This document shows, piece by piece, positions 46,325 to 55,396 of a stretch of DNA of 64,000 nt (positions are counted from its first letter, which is position 1; each line of letters starts with the position of its first letter). This DNA is from an uncultured Chloroflexia bacterium (lineage in GTDB: Bacteria > Chloroflexota > Limnocylindria > Limnocylindrales > CSP1-4), in NCBI GenBank assembly GCA_963842755.1, contig CAWJIC010000084.1:27931-91930 (forward strand), in the 5' to 3' direction. The notes beneath the pieces are model-generated. The model ran no database searches, was not told the DNA's origin, and saw nothing but the letters and a program-made list of their open reading frames with translations. Made by a program: the position numbers and the translations under genes.

Positions 46325-47532
46325 TCGAGATCGGGCGCCGGGTGGGCCGGGCGGCGGGGCTCGTTCGGCGATCAGCAGTCTCCGTCGCCGCCGTCGTCGT
46401 CGCCGTCGCGCTCGCGGGATGCTCGGGGCCGATCCTGGCCAACCCGGCCGCGAGCCACGAGTCCGGGCCGTCCCCGACGCCGACCCGCTCACCGTCGAGC
46501 GACCCCCGCCCGATCCGGTTCCCGCGCGATGACGCCCCGCACGACCGCCTGACCGAGTGGTGGTACTACACCGGCCACCTCGTCGACGAGGCTGGGCGAC
46601 GCTACGGTTTCGAGTACGTGATCTTCCGGGCGGAGCGCGGCGGCTTCCCGGTGACGTGGGCATCCCACCTGGCCGTGACCGACGAGACCGGCGAAGCGTT
46701 CCACTACGCCCAGCGGAGCGAGTTCGGGCCGCGGGTCGACCGATCGCCGATCGGCGCTGCCGGGCCGGTCGGGTTCGCGCTGGAGCTGACCGGGGCGGAC
46801 CCGGCCCGGCCGGAGACGCTCGGCCGCGAGGCCTGGCGGATGACCGGCGACGGCGGCAGGGACCGGCTCACGGCCGCCCTGACCCCGTACGAGGCGGCGG
46901 CCGCGGGTTCACCGGGCGGGCTCGGCTTCGACCTGGACCTCGCGGCCGTCAAGCCGCCGACGCTCCACGACCGCGACGGCTGGATCGACTTCGGGCCGGC
47001 TGGCGGCTCCTACTACTACTCACGCACGGCGATGACCGCGTCAGGCACGCTCGACCTCGGCGGACGAGGGCTGCAGGTGACCGGGACCGCCTGGTTCGAT
47101 CACCAGTGGGGCGACTTCATCGCCGTCGGCGGGTCCGGCTGGGACTGGTTCGCGGTGAATCTCTCGGACGGGACGGACCTGGCGCTGTCGCTGGTTCGGG
47201 CGACCGACGGGTCGTACCCGCTCGCCTACGGCACGATCGTTGACGCCGGCGGACGGTCCCGCCATCTCGAGCCGTCGGCGTTCCGCGTGACCGTCGCGGA
47301 TCGCTGGCGGTCGCCCCGGACGGGCGTCGACTACCCGTCGGGCTGGATCGTGGAGCTGCCCGGCGAGGGCCTCCGGGTCGAGCTCACGCCGAGCGTGCGC
47401 GACCAGGAGCTCGACACCCGCGGTACGACCGGCGTCGTCTACTGGGAGGGATCGCAGGTCGTGCGCGCGACGCGGGACGGTATCCCGCTCGGCGGCGAGG
47501 GGTACGTGGAGCTCACGGGCTACGGCCCATAG
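46321..47532 (+). CDS. AttH/CrtC-like (carotenoid 1,2-hydratase fold) lipoprotein
   Basis: Lipobox ALAGCS is present, with EWWYYTGHL, YYYSRT and AWFDHQWGDF. The ATG overlaps the MMPL stop (ATGA). Confidence 0.82.
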   Translation: MIEIGRRVGRAAGLVRRSAVSVAAVVVAVALAGCSGPILANPAASHESGPSPTPTRSPSSDPRPIRFPRDDAPHDRLTEWWYYTGHLVDEAGRRYGFEYVIFRAERGGFPVTWASHLAVTDETGEAFHYAQRSEFGPRVDRSPIGAAGPVGFALELTGADPARPETLGREAWRMTGDGGRDRLTAALTPYEAAAAGSPGGLGFDLDLAAVKPPTLHDRDGWIDFGPAGGSYYYSRTAMTASGTLDLGGRGLQVTGTAWFDHQWGDFIAVGGSGWDWFAVNLSDGTDLALSLVRATDGSYPLAYGTIVDAGGRSRHLEPSAFRVTVADRWRSPRTGVDYPSGWIVELPGEGLRVELTPSVRDQELDTRGTTGVVYWEGSQVVRATRDGIPLGGEGYVELTGYGP

Positions 47533-47631
47533 GCGAGTCGATCGCGACGCGGGTCGCGGGCAGGCCGGCGAGGCCCGGACGGCACGGGGAGAAACGGGCC
47601 GAACGGCCTGTGGCAGGATCGGATCGCCGGT

Positions 47632-47667
47632 GGCAAACTATCACTTACTCCATACCTATTCGTCGCC
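47632..47667 (+). promoter_or_regulatory. AT-rich candidate promoter/operator upstream of nirK
   Basis: GGCAAACTATCACTTACTCCATACCTATTCGTCGCC lies 40-70 nt upstream of the ATG at 47705. The RBS AGGGAGA is at 47694-47700. The only support is local AT-richness and position. Confidence 0.35.
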
Positions 47668-47704
47668 TCACGCCGACACCGGCTGAGCCAAGCAGGGAGA
47701 TCCG

Positions 47705-49119
47705 ATGCAACGTCGCGCCCCACGTCGCGCCCCACGTCGCGCCCTTGGCCTGACCGCCGCGCTCGCGGCGGTCATCGCGCTCGCCGGCTGCTCGTCCGGC
47801 ACTGCCCCAACCTGGACGTACGCCCCGGCAGCGCCGAGCTCCGCCGCCCCGGCCAGCGCGGCCCCGTCCGGCGCGCCCGCCAGCACGGGCCCCGTCGCCG
47901 TGGGTGGCGCCTTCGAGATCGAGGCGTACGACCTCGGCTTCAAGCCGGCCCAGATCACGGTCGACAAGGCCGGCGCCTACGAAGTCACGTTCAAGAACAC
48001 CGGCTCGATCCTCCACGACGTGACGTTCGCCGACGGCACGAAGATCGCGGCGAAGGCGGGCGAGACCGCCACCGGCACGGTCAACGTCCCGGCCGCCGGG
48101 ATCACCTTCATCTGCTCGATCCCGGGTCACGCCGACGCCGGGATGAAGGGCTCGGTCACCGTCAGTGGCCAGGCGGCCAGCGGCGGCGACAGCCACGGCG
48201 GCCCGGCCCCGGCGACCGACGGTCGCGGCCGACCCCAACGCCCCCAAGTACACCCTCTACGACGCCGTCGCCCCGAAGGTCCTCGAGGGGACGACCCACG
48301 ACATCGACCTCGTCATCGAGGAGAAGCTGATGACCGTGGCGGACGGGCTTCGTGCAGGCCGTCTGGACGTTCAACGGGACCGTTCCGGGCCCGGTCATCC
48401 GGGTCCACCTCGGCGACACGATCCGGGTCCACCTCAAGAACCCGGCCACCAACAAGCTCCCCCACAGCGTCGACTTCCACGCCAGCCAGGTCGCCTGGAA
48501 CGACGAGATGACCTCGATCAACCCCGGCGAGGAGAAGCTCTACGAGTGGAAGGCCGACTACGCCGGCGTGTGGATGTACCACTGCGGCACGGCCCCGGCG
48601 CTGCACCACATCGCCAACGGCATGTACGGGATGGTCATCGTGGAGCCGAAGGGTGGCTTCAAGCCGGTCGACCACGAGTTCGCCCTCGTCCAGAACGAGT
48701 GGTACCTCGGCCCCCAGGGCCAGCCGATCGACCTCACCAAGGCGTCCGTGGGTAACCCGGCCCCCGACTTCGTCACCTTCAACGGCGTCGCCAACCAGTA
48801 CAAGGACAACCCGCTCAAGGTCGCGACCGGCAAGAAGGTCCGGATCTTCGTCCTCGACGCCGGCCCGAGCATCGACAGCTCGTTCCACATCGTCGGGACG
48901 ATCTTCAACACCGTCATCAAGGAGGGCATCGTCCTCAGCCCGAGCAACGCCGGTCACTACGGCGCGCAGGCGGTCGACCTGTCGCCGGCCCAGGGGGCGA
49001 TCATCGAGTTCACCACGCCGGAGGACGGCCTCTACCCGATCGTGACCCACGCCTTCAACTTCGTCGGCCGGGGCGCCCTCGGCCTGGTCCAGGCCGGCGA
49101 CGGCGATCCGAAGAAGTGA
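47705..49119 (+). pseudogene. nirK: Copper-containing nitrite reductase NirK with N-terminal fused cupredoxin domain and lipoprotein signal, two +1 frameshifts
   Basis: Lipobox IALAGCS. The cupredoxin ligands are ILHDV and CSIPGHADAGM. The NirK core holds HSVDFHA and MYHCGT..HIANGMYG. Shifts are at about 48215 (extra A) and at the GGG run 48345-48347. Confidence 0.85.
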
Positions 49120-49201
49120 CCCAGAGGTAGGACCAACGACCAGCGCGCGACGCCCGGCTGGTGACGGTCGGACGTCGCGACGCCGCAAGGCCGGCCCATC
49201 G

Positions 49202-49411
49202 ATGAACCGCACGCCGATCCTGCTCACGCCGGGGGCCGCGCTCGCGCTGGGGCTCGCCGCGGCGATCTTCGTCGGCGACGGGGAGGGGATCGTCCGGGCG
49301 AAGTTCAACGGCATCCTCGGCACGGAGGAGCTCCGCGCGGCGCTCCGGGCCGTCGCCGGATGGTCGCCGACGGCGGTCGTGCCGATCGTGCCACGTCGCG
49401 GACGGGGGTGA
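49202..49411 (+). CDS. Possible small membrane protein
   Basis: 69-aa ORF with one hydrophobic helix between nirK and nsrR. No homology recognised. Confidence 0.3.
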   Translation: MNRTPILLTPGAALALGLAAAIFVGDGEGIVRAKFNGILGTEELRAALRAVAGWSPTAVVPIVPRRGRG

Positions 49412-49421
49412 GAGGAGCGCC

Positions 49422-49889
49422 ATGCGACCGGAGCTGACCAAGCGCGCCGACTACGCGATCCGGGCGATGCTCGCCCTCGCCCGGGCGAACGGCCGCGACC
49501 CGCTGAGCGCGCGGCGGATCGCCGAGCAGATGGACATCCCGGTGCGGTTCCTGCCGCAGGTCATGGGCGACCTCAGCCGGGCCGATCTCGTACGCGCGGA
49601 GTCGGGCCGCAACGGGGGCTACCGACTCCACCAGCCGGCCGGGCGGATCAGCCTCCTCGAGGTCATCGAGGCGGTCGAGGGCGACAGCCGGCGCCGGACC
49701 TGCGTCCTCCGGGGCGGGCCGTGCGGCACGTCGGGAGAGTGCGACGTCCATCGGGTCTTCTTCGCGGCGCAGGACGCCCTGCTCGGCATCTTCTCAGCCG
49801 CGAGCCTCGCGAGCCTGGTCGCCGGCAGCGGCCCCGCCGGTCTGCGGGTCGGGGCCGGACCCGCGGGAGAGGACCGCCCCGCCGAGTAG
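49422..49889 (+). CDS. nsrR: Rrf2-family regulator, NsrR-like by context
   Basis: LTKRADYAIRAMLALA, SGRNGGYRL and a Cys cluster C-x7-C-x5-C (CVLRGGPCGTSGEC) are present. It is adjacent to nirK. Confidence 0.8.
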   Translation: MRPELTKRADYAIRAMLALARANGRDPLSARRIAEQMDIPVRFLPQVMGDLSRADLVRAESGRNGGYRLHQPAGRISLLEVIEAVEGDSRRRTCVLRGGPCGTSGECDVHRVFFAAQDALLGIFSAASLASLVAGSGPAGLRVGAGPAGEDRPAE

Positions 49890-51125
49890 GCCCAGGGAGA
49901 GCGCCAGGCCCGAGCCGCTGACGAGGATGCCGGCCACGGTCGCCGGCGTCGAGCCGAGCGGGAGACCGACCGCCAGCAGGGCGACGCCGCCGTCGAGGAG
50001 GGCCAGGCGCAGGGTCGCCGCCCGGCCGAGAATCTCGCGCTGGCGACGGTGGCGGGCCTGGTCCCCCGGGCCGATCGCCGGGACGAGGTGGGTCGCCGCG
50101 CCGACGATCGCGAGGACGACCCAGCCGGCCACGAGCGGGCCCGCGACGGACAGGGCGTCCCAACTGGCCGGCACGGCACCGAAGACGATCAGCCGCGCGA
50201 GCGCGATCGCCGCCGCGACCACGAACCAGGCCGCGGCACTCGAAAGTGCGCCGGTCGTGAAGCGGTGCCAGCCGGGGTCGGTCGTCCAGCCGGCCCGCGC
50301 CCGCCACGACCGCCCGACGTAGCCGAGCAGCGCGAACGCGCCGACGAGGGTGACGGCGGCGCCCAGGATCGCCAGGATCCCGCTCGAGAGGGCGTAGCCG
50401 AGACCCGCCAGGGGAGCGCCGGCCGCCAGCCCGCGGATCGCGATCGTCGCCGTCGGGTGCCTCGCCATCCGGCTGCCGGCGACGGTCGGGTACAGGTGGA
50501 GCAGCGTGCCCGCGATGACCAGCGAGGCGAACCCGAACACGTTGAGCCAGGCGTGGGCGGGCTTCAGCGCGCCCCACCGCTCCGCGACGGGACCCCAGCC
50601 GGCGACGAGGAGGGTCGCCAGGCTTGCCCCAGCGACGACGTTGGCGATGGCGCTGCCGTAGGCCAGCGCGACGAGGCCGCGGCGCGGGCCGAGGGCGTGG
50701 CGGAGTGGCGCGAACGTCGCCCAGCCGAGGCCCACGAGGCCACCGATGAAGAGCGTGCCGCCGGCCGCGGACAGGGCTGGGGCGCCGGCCGGGACGCCCA
50801 GTGTGACCCCGAGCGCGCCGGTCGCCACGGCCGCGATCACCGCGACCCTCGTGCGCGGTCCGGCGGGAGGCGCCGCGGACAGCGCCGAGGTGAAGAACGG
50901 CATGACCGAGGCGATCGCGACGCTGGCCCCACCCGCCAGCGCCAGGTGAAGCGGCAGCCACGCCCCGCGGCGGACCTCCGGCGGCAGGGCCAGGCTGACG
51001 AGCGCGGCGACGAGGAACAGCCCGCTCACGACGAGACCGCCGAACGCGATCCGCCGATCGTCGCCGCGGACGATCCCGGCGGGGCCTGCCGCCCGACCGG
51101 CCATGGGCAACGGGGAGCGGGACAT
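49794..51125 (-). CDS. Polytopic membrane protein, possibly NnrS-like
   Basis: About 12 predicted TM helices with conserved-looking His residues (HLALAGG, HAWLNVFGF, LLHLYP, ATHLVP). The 3' end overlaps nsrR by 96 bp. The functional call is weak. Confidence 0.6.
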   Translation of the reverse strand: MSRSPLPMAGRAAGPAGIVRGDDRRIAFGGLVVSGLFLVAALVSLALPPEVRRGAWLPLHLALAGGASVAIASVMPFFTSALSAAPPAGPRTRVAVIAAVATGALGVTLGVPAGAPALSAAGGTLFIGGLVGLGWATFAPLRHALGPRRGLVALAYGSAIANVVAGASLATLLVAGWGPVAERWGALKPAHAWLNVFGFASLVIAGTLLHLYPTVAGSRMARHPTATIAIRGLAAGAPLAGLGYALSSGILAILGAAVTLVGAFALLGYVGRSWRARAGWTTDPGWHRFTTGALSSAAAWFVVAAAIALARLIVFGAVPASWDALSVAGPLVAGWVVLAIVGAATHLVPAIGPGDQARHRRQREILGRAATLRLALLDGGVALLAVGLPLGSTPATVAGILVSGSGLALSLGLLGGAVLSRGSGPDPQTGGAAAGDQAREARG

Positions 51126-51163
51126 CGCGGGGTCACCTCCGGGTCTCGGGGACGCGCTGTCTG

Positions 51164-51317
51164 CCCACGTCTCATCGCCCACCGCGATGGTATCGGCATC
51201 GGTCCGCCCGGTGCCCTCGGGCCGGGCCAGGCGTGCTTCGCTGAGCGTGAAATCCCCGAATCAGCGACCGAACTCCGCGTGGGAGCGGCGATGGCATCGC
51301 GGACCGCGATATCGCGG
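51164..51317. repeat. REP/BIME-like element (family C), one forward plus one inverted unit
   Basis: The order of parts is CCCACGTCTCATCGCCCACCGCGATGGTATCGG, TTCGCTGAGCGTGAAATCCCCG, GGCGATGGCATCGCGGACCGCGATATC. Confidence 0.8.
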
Positions 51318-51649
51318 GCGAGGGTGCGGGCCGGCGGCGGGACGCGCGGTGGCGCCCGCTGCACACCCGGGGTGCCAACTGGCGGCCCGTGAACCGCTCC
51401 GGGCCCGAAGCGCACTCCCCGTGTTCAGGTTCGGCTCCTCAGGTCGGATTCCGCACTCCGCATGTGCCGGATCTGCCGAGATCGCCATGGCGCGCCGGAG
51501 GTACCGGCTCCCAGCCGACCGTTGGAACATGCCACGTGCAGCGCGCTCTACCATCGCAACACTTCGCCGTGATTCTCCGTGAACCGCGGCGGGCCGAGCC
51601 GCATCGAATCCGGTGACACGCCCCGGAACGCGATCGCAGGGAGGGCCGT

Positions 51650-52195
51650 TTGGAGCGGGAGCTCGTCGAGCGCGCCCGCCGGGGCGACCGAGAGGCGTTC
51701 GAGATGCTCGTGCGCCGGAGGATCGAGTCGATGGTTCGGACCGCGCGCGCCATCCTCGGCCACGAGGCCGACGCCCAGGACGCCGTCCAGGAGGCGTTCG
51801 TCGCGGCGTGGCGCCGGCTGCCGGGCCTGCGCGACCCGGAACGCTTCGACGCCTGGCTCGGGCGGATCCTCCTGAACGCGTGCCGGATGACCCTCCGGCA
51901 CCGGCGCGGAGTCCGGGAGATCCGCATGGTCGACACAGGCGACGAGCAGGCCGGCCCCGCCGACCTCCAGGCGACCGCGTTCGACCAGGCGACCGCCGAC
52001 GCCGACGCCTTCGACCGGGCGTTCGCCCGTCTCCCGATCGAGGAGCGCGCGCTCCTCGTCCTGCGCCACCGCGACGAGCTGCCGGTCGCCGAGATCGCGG
52101 CGCGTCTCGGGATTCCGACCGGGACCGCGAAGTCGCGCCTGTTCCACGCCCGGCGCGCCCTCGAGCGGTCGCTCGCGCGGGAGGACCGGCCGTGA
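51650..52195 (+). CDS. ECF (group IV) sigma-70 family sigma factor
   Basis: Region 2 is DAQDAVQEAFVAAWR. Region 4 is LPVAEIAARLGIPTGTAKSRLFHARR. TTG start with RBS GGGAGGG. Confidence 0.9.
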   Translation: MERELVERARRGDREAFEMLVRRRIESMVRTARAILGHEADAQDAVQEAFVAAWRRLPGLRDPERFDAWLGRILLNACRMTLRHRRGVREIRMVDTGDEQAGPADLQATAFDQATADADAFDRAFARLPIEERALLVLRHRDELPVAEIAARLGIPTGTAKSRLFHARRALERSLAREDRP

Positions 52196-54372
52196 CCCCC
52201 ATCCCGGAGGATCCTGCGGGCGACGCGGTCCAGGATTCGTCCGGCGGCGCAACGTCCGGCGGCGCAACGTCCGGCGGCGCGGGCGCCGATCCGACCGGCG
52301 GCACGACGGGCGGACCCGGCGCTGATGCAGCTCGCCCACGGCGCGAGCCCCTGACCGACGAGCGCCTGCGCGTCGAGCTCGACCGGCGTTGGCGCGGGCG
52401 CGGCGGCGCGGTGCCGACCGACCGGATCGCCGCAGCAGTCCGCGACCGGATCGCCGTGATGCCGCAGGAGCCGCGCTGGCGGCTCTCGCTCTGGGCGTGG
52501 GCACCGCGGATCGGCGTGGCGGTGACCGCCGTCGCGGTGTTCCTCGTCGTCGCGCTGGCCGGACTACCGCTCCTGACGGGCATCCAGCGTGGCGGTCCGG
52601 GCACGCAATGGGACCCGGCGGAGCACTGGGACCCGGCCGAGCGTCCGCTGACCGCCGAAGAGCTGGGCCGGCTGTTCCCGCCCGACGGCTCCAGCCCGTT
52701 CGCCGGAGACGTCGTACTCGCGAAGGTCGGATTGGTCGGGGTGATGGTCGACTGCGTCGACGTCGCGTGCGACCTGGCGATCGACGGGATCGACCCGGAG
52801 ATCCTGGTCCACTACGACCCCGCTCGGACCGGGCCCGCGCCGACGACGGACGAGACGTTGGCCTTTCGCGTCCGCGAGGGCCGCGGCCTCGACCTGATCG
52901 AGCGCGTCCGGTCGGCGCCTCTTCGCCTCGCCTGGAGCGTGTCCGGCCTCGCCGACGAGATGCGGCGAGTCGACCAGTTCGACCGGGCCGTTCCGACCGT
53001 CTACCTGGTCGACGCATGGCTGGTCGAGCTCGCCCTCCCGCCTTCATGCCCAGCGCCATTCCCGCTCGATTCCCCGCCGCCGCCGGGCCTCGACGTGGGC
53101 TGTGGCCTTGCGGCCTGGCTCACCCCACTCGAGGAGCAGCCGACGACCGGCGGCCCGAACTCGATCGAGGTCGCCGTACCGAGAGACGGTCTGCGCGTCC
53201 AGAACGGCGCCTACGACGCGTTTGCGCCGGATCCGGTACGCGGCCCGAACCTGCCCGGCATCGAGACCCGGCGCCGCGGCCTCTACCTGGTCCGACCGAA
53301 CCTGACGTCCGTCGATGCCTGCTTCATGTGCACCCCGCTCGGCGGCCCCGTCGAGATCGTCGCCCGCGTCGACCCGCTCACGATCCCTGCCGGGGCGACG
53401 GCCAGCCCCGGGCCCAGCCCCACCAGTCCGCGCCCGAGCCGGAGTTCGCCGACGGGGGTCGAGCCACTCACCGACGAGGAGATCCTCGCTGCCCCACCGG
53501 ACTCGAACCTCGACCCGGCGCTTGCGGCACGGGTTGCCGTCATCGCTCGCCGGTACGTCCTGGGCGGCGCAACCAACCTCGGGCCGGAGATCGGCAGCCA
53601 CCTCCTGCTCGCCGCCTCGGTCATGAGCAACCCGAACGCCGATGCACCCGGGTCCGTCTACGCGATGTTCCACGACTACACCGACGGGACGACGATCGAC
53701 GTCGCGCTGGATGTCGCGCCGGGGCGGGAGCCCGTGCCCCTGGAGGCATTCCATGTGACCGCGGCCTCCGTCCGCCTCTCGGCGTGGGAGACGGGCCGCC
53801 TCACGTTGATCCTCGGGACTCTCGCCGGGGGGGTCGTCGCGAACCCGTGGGAGTGCTCGGTCTCCCCAGGTTGGTGCGTCGCCGTGTCGAAACCGACCAC
53901 GCGCGCCCCGAACTCGCTCGTCAACCTTCTGTCCGGCCGGGCAGTGCCGTGGCTCGCTCGGCCGTCGCCGGCTCCGACGGAGACCTCGACCGTGGGACTG
54001 ACGCTCAAGAGGATCGTCCGACAGGGCTGTGGGTCATTCGGGGGGTGCGCGTACTTCGCGCGGCTCACGCCATTGGGCCTCGCGGCTGCGGGCGACGTCC
54101 CGTGGCTCGAGTTCCCGGGGATCGCCGGGGAGCTGCATTTCGAGAGCGAGGCTCCCACGAGCATCGCCCGGGGCACCTATCGAGTGTCCGCACGGGAGAA
54201 CTTCGTGTCCGATGCGATCCTCAATGGGCAACGAGTGCTCGGGCCGGTAACCGCCTCCTGCGAGCAGGACGTCACGATCTCCGAGTTGATCCAGATGGTC
54301 ACGCTGAGCGTGGTCTTCCACGGCGATCGACCGTGCGAGATCGAGGTCACGGGGCGGGGTGCGTTGCACTGA
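52192..54372 (+). CDS. Putative anti-sigma factor: single-pass membrane protein with ~590-aa Cys-rich extracytoplasmic domain
   Basis: The GTG overlaps the sigma stop (GTGA). The TM helix is VAVTAVAVFLVVALAGLPLL. No HxxxCxxC zinc anti-sigma (ZAS) motif is present. The large domain is not recognised. Confidence 0.65.
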   Translation: MTPIPEDPAGDAVQDSSGGATSGGATSGGAGADPTGGTTGGPGADAARPRREPLTDERLRVELDRRWRGRGGAVPTDRIAAAVRDRIAVMPQEPRWRLSLWAWAPRIGVAVTAVAVFLVVALAGLPLLTGIQRGGPGTQWDPAEHWDPAERPLTAEELGRLFPPDGSSPFAGDVVLAKVGLVGVMVDCVDVACDLAIDGIDPEILVHYDPARTGPAPTTDETLAFRVREGRGLDLIERVRSAPLRLAWSVSGLADEMRRVDQFDRAVPTVYLVDAWLVELALPPSCPAPFPLDSPPPPGLDVGCGLAAWLTPLEEQPTTGGPNSIEVAVPRDGLRVQNGAYDAFAPDPVRGPNLPGIETRRRGLYLVRPNLTSVDACFMCTPLGGPVEIVARVDPLTIPAGATASPGPSPTSPRPSRSSPTGVEPLTDEEILAAPPDSNLDPALAARVAVIARRYVLGGATNLGPEIGSHLLLAASVMSNPNADAPGSVYAMFHDYTDGTTIDVALDVAPGREPVPLEAFHVTAASVRLSAWETGRLTLILGTLAGGVVANPWECSVSPGWCVAVSKPTTRAPNSLVNLLSGRAVPWLARPSPAPTETSTVGLTLKRIVRQGCGSFGGCAYFARLTPLGLAAAGDVPWLEFPGIAGELHFESEAPTSIARGTYRVSARENFVSDAILNGQRVLGPVTASCEQDVTISELIQMVTLSVVFHGDRPCEIEVTGRGALH

Positions 54373-54418
54373 CCGTCTCAGTCGGGCGCGGCCGGGTCCG
54401 CCGGGAGCGCGCCCGGTG

Positions 54419-54452
54419 CCCACGTCGCATCGCCCACTGCGATATCGCGGGG
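54419..54452. repeat. Solo family-C REP unit
   Basis: The unit is CCCACGTCGCATCGCCCACTGCGATATCGCGGGG, followed by G-runs. Confidence 0.65.
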
Positions 54453-54589
54453 TGGTCGGCGGGGGTACGGGCGGGGAGCACGCGGCGAGGAGAGCGGGCG
54501 GGGAGCCGCCCTCAGCGGGCCCTGTCGCCGTCGCCGTCGCCGCTCGCGCCGCTCGCATCGCCCAGCCCGGCGGCGACGCCAGCGCGGCC

Positions 54590-54760
54590 CGGCCATCGAT
54601 GGAGTCGATCGGTTTCGAGGGTTCTGGCTGGCTGTCGGCAATCCTGGGCACCGAACCCGAGGCCGACATCGACCTGGTCGATGGTGAGAGCGCCTTCGGG
54701 GCCGAACAGCCCTCCGCGGGCTGGGAACCCCTGGAACCTATCGACGTGGTCGATTAGCGG
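54590..54760 (+). repeat. D-type element, copy D2
   Basis: The ends GTCGATCGGTTTCGAGGG / CCCCTGGAACCTATCGAC are inverted repeats. Internal ATCGAC-N3-GTCGAT palindromes occur twice. It is about 70% identical to 35925-36092. Confidence 0.65.
54599..54757 (+). CDS. Candidate 52-aa acidic small protein encoded in D2
   Basis: The ORF is MESIGFEGSGWLSAILGTEPEADIDLVDGESAFGAEQPSAGWEPLEPIDVVD. Compared with D1 it has synonymous changes ATT/ATC and TTG/CTG, and AGT/TCT (Ser to Ser through a two-base change). Confidence 0.3.
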   Translation: MESIGFEGSGWLSAILGTEPEADIDLVDGESAFGAEQPSAGWEPLEPIDVVD

Positions 54761-54964
54761 TAGATGCGGGGGACGGGGCCGGGCTCCCGGCGGACGGGCG
54801 GCGCGGGCGGGTGGGAGCGGGCGGGGGCGGTCACTGCGGGGCACGCGGCGGGAGGAGCGCACCGGCCAACGCCGGGACGGGCGCCGGGAGGAACCGCCCT
54901 CAGCGGACCGCGCAGCCCTCAGCGGCCTGTGCCACCGGTCGTGTCGGCGCCGCCGCCGCCGCCG

Positions 54965-55396
54965 TCAGCGGGCCGTGTCGCCACTTGCCCGGACGGCCCA
55001 GGCGGCCACGATCCAGCCGGCCACGAGGGTGACGGCGTAGCCCACGCACCAGACGCAGACGGCGTGAATGACGAACAGCTCGAGGTAGGTCAGGTACGCA
55101 ACGAAAAGGATCCCGAAGAGCCCGAGCCCGTAGGTGGCCAGCAGGGCGCGGCGATCGCCGAGGCGCCACCAGGCGAGGGCGAGGATGAGAACCAGCGCCG
55201 AGAAGCCGGCCCCGAACAAGGCGACCGGGATCCCGAGGATCTCGCTGTACGAGCTCAGAGCCACCGTCTCGCAGCCCTTGAGCGGACCGCACACCGGCAG
55301 CTCGCCGGCGAGCTTGACGGAGGTGAGATAGGCCGAGATCGCGAGCCCTGCCCCCGCGAGCACCGCCGCGAGGAGTCCGGCCCGACGCACGGTCAC
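54965..55396 (-). CDS. Vitamin K epoxide reductase (VKOR) family protein
   Basis: Loop cysteines CGPLKGC and the active site CVWC are present, with 4 TM helices. The GTG overlaps the dsbA-like stop. Confidence 0.88.
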   Translation of the reverse strand: MTVRRAGLLAAVLAGAGLAISAYLTSVKLAGELPVCGPLKGCETVALSSYSEILGIPVALFGAGFSALVLILALAWWRLGDRRALLATYGLGLFGILFVAYLTYLELFVIHAVCVWCVGYAVTLVAGWIVAAWAVRASGDTAR

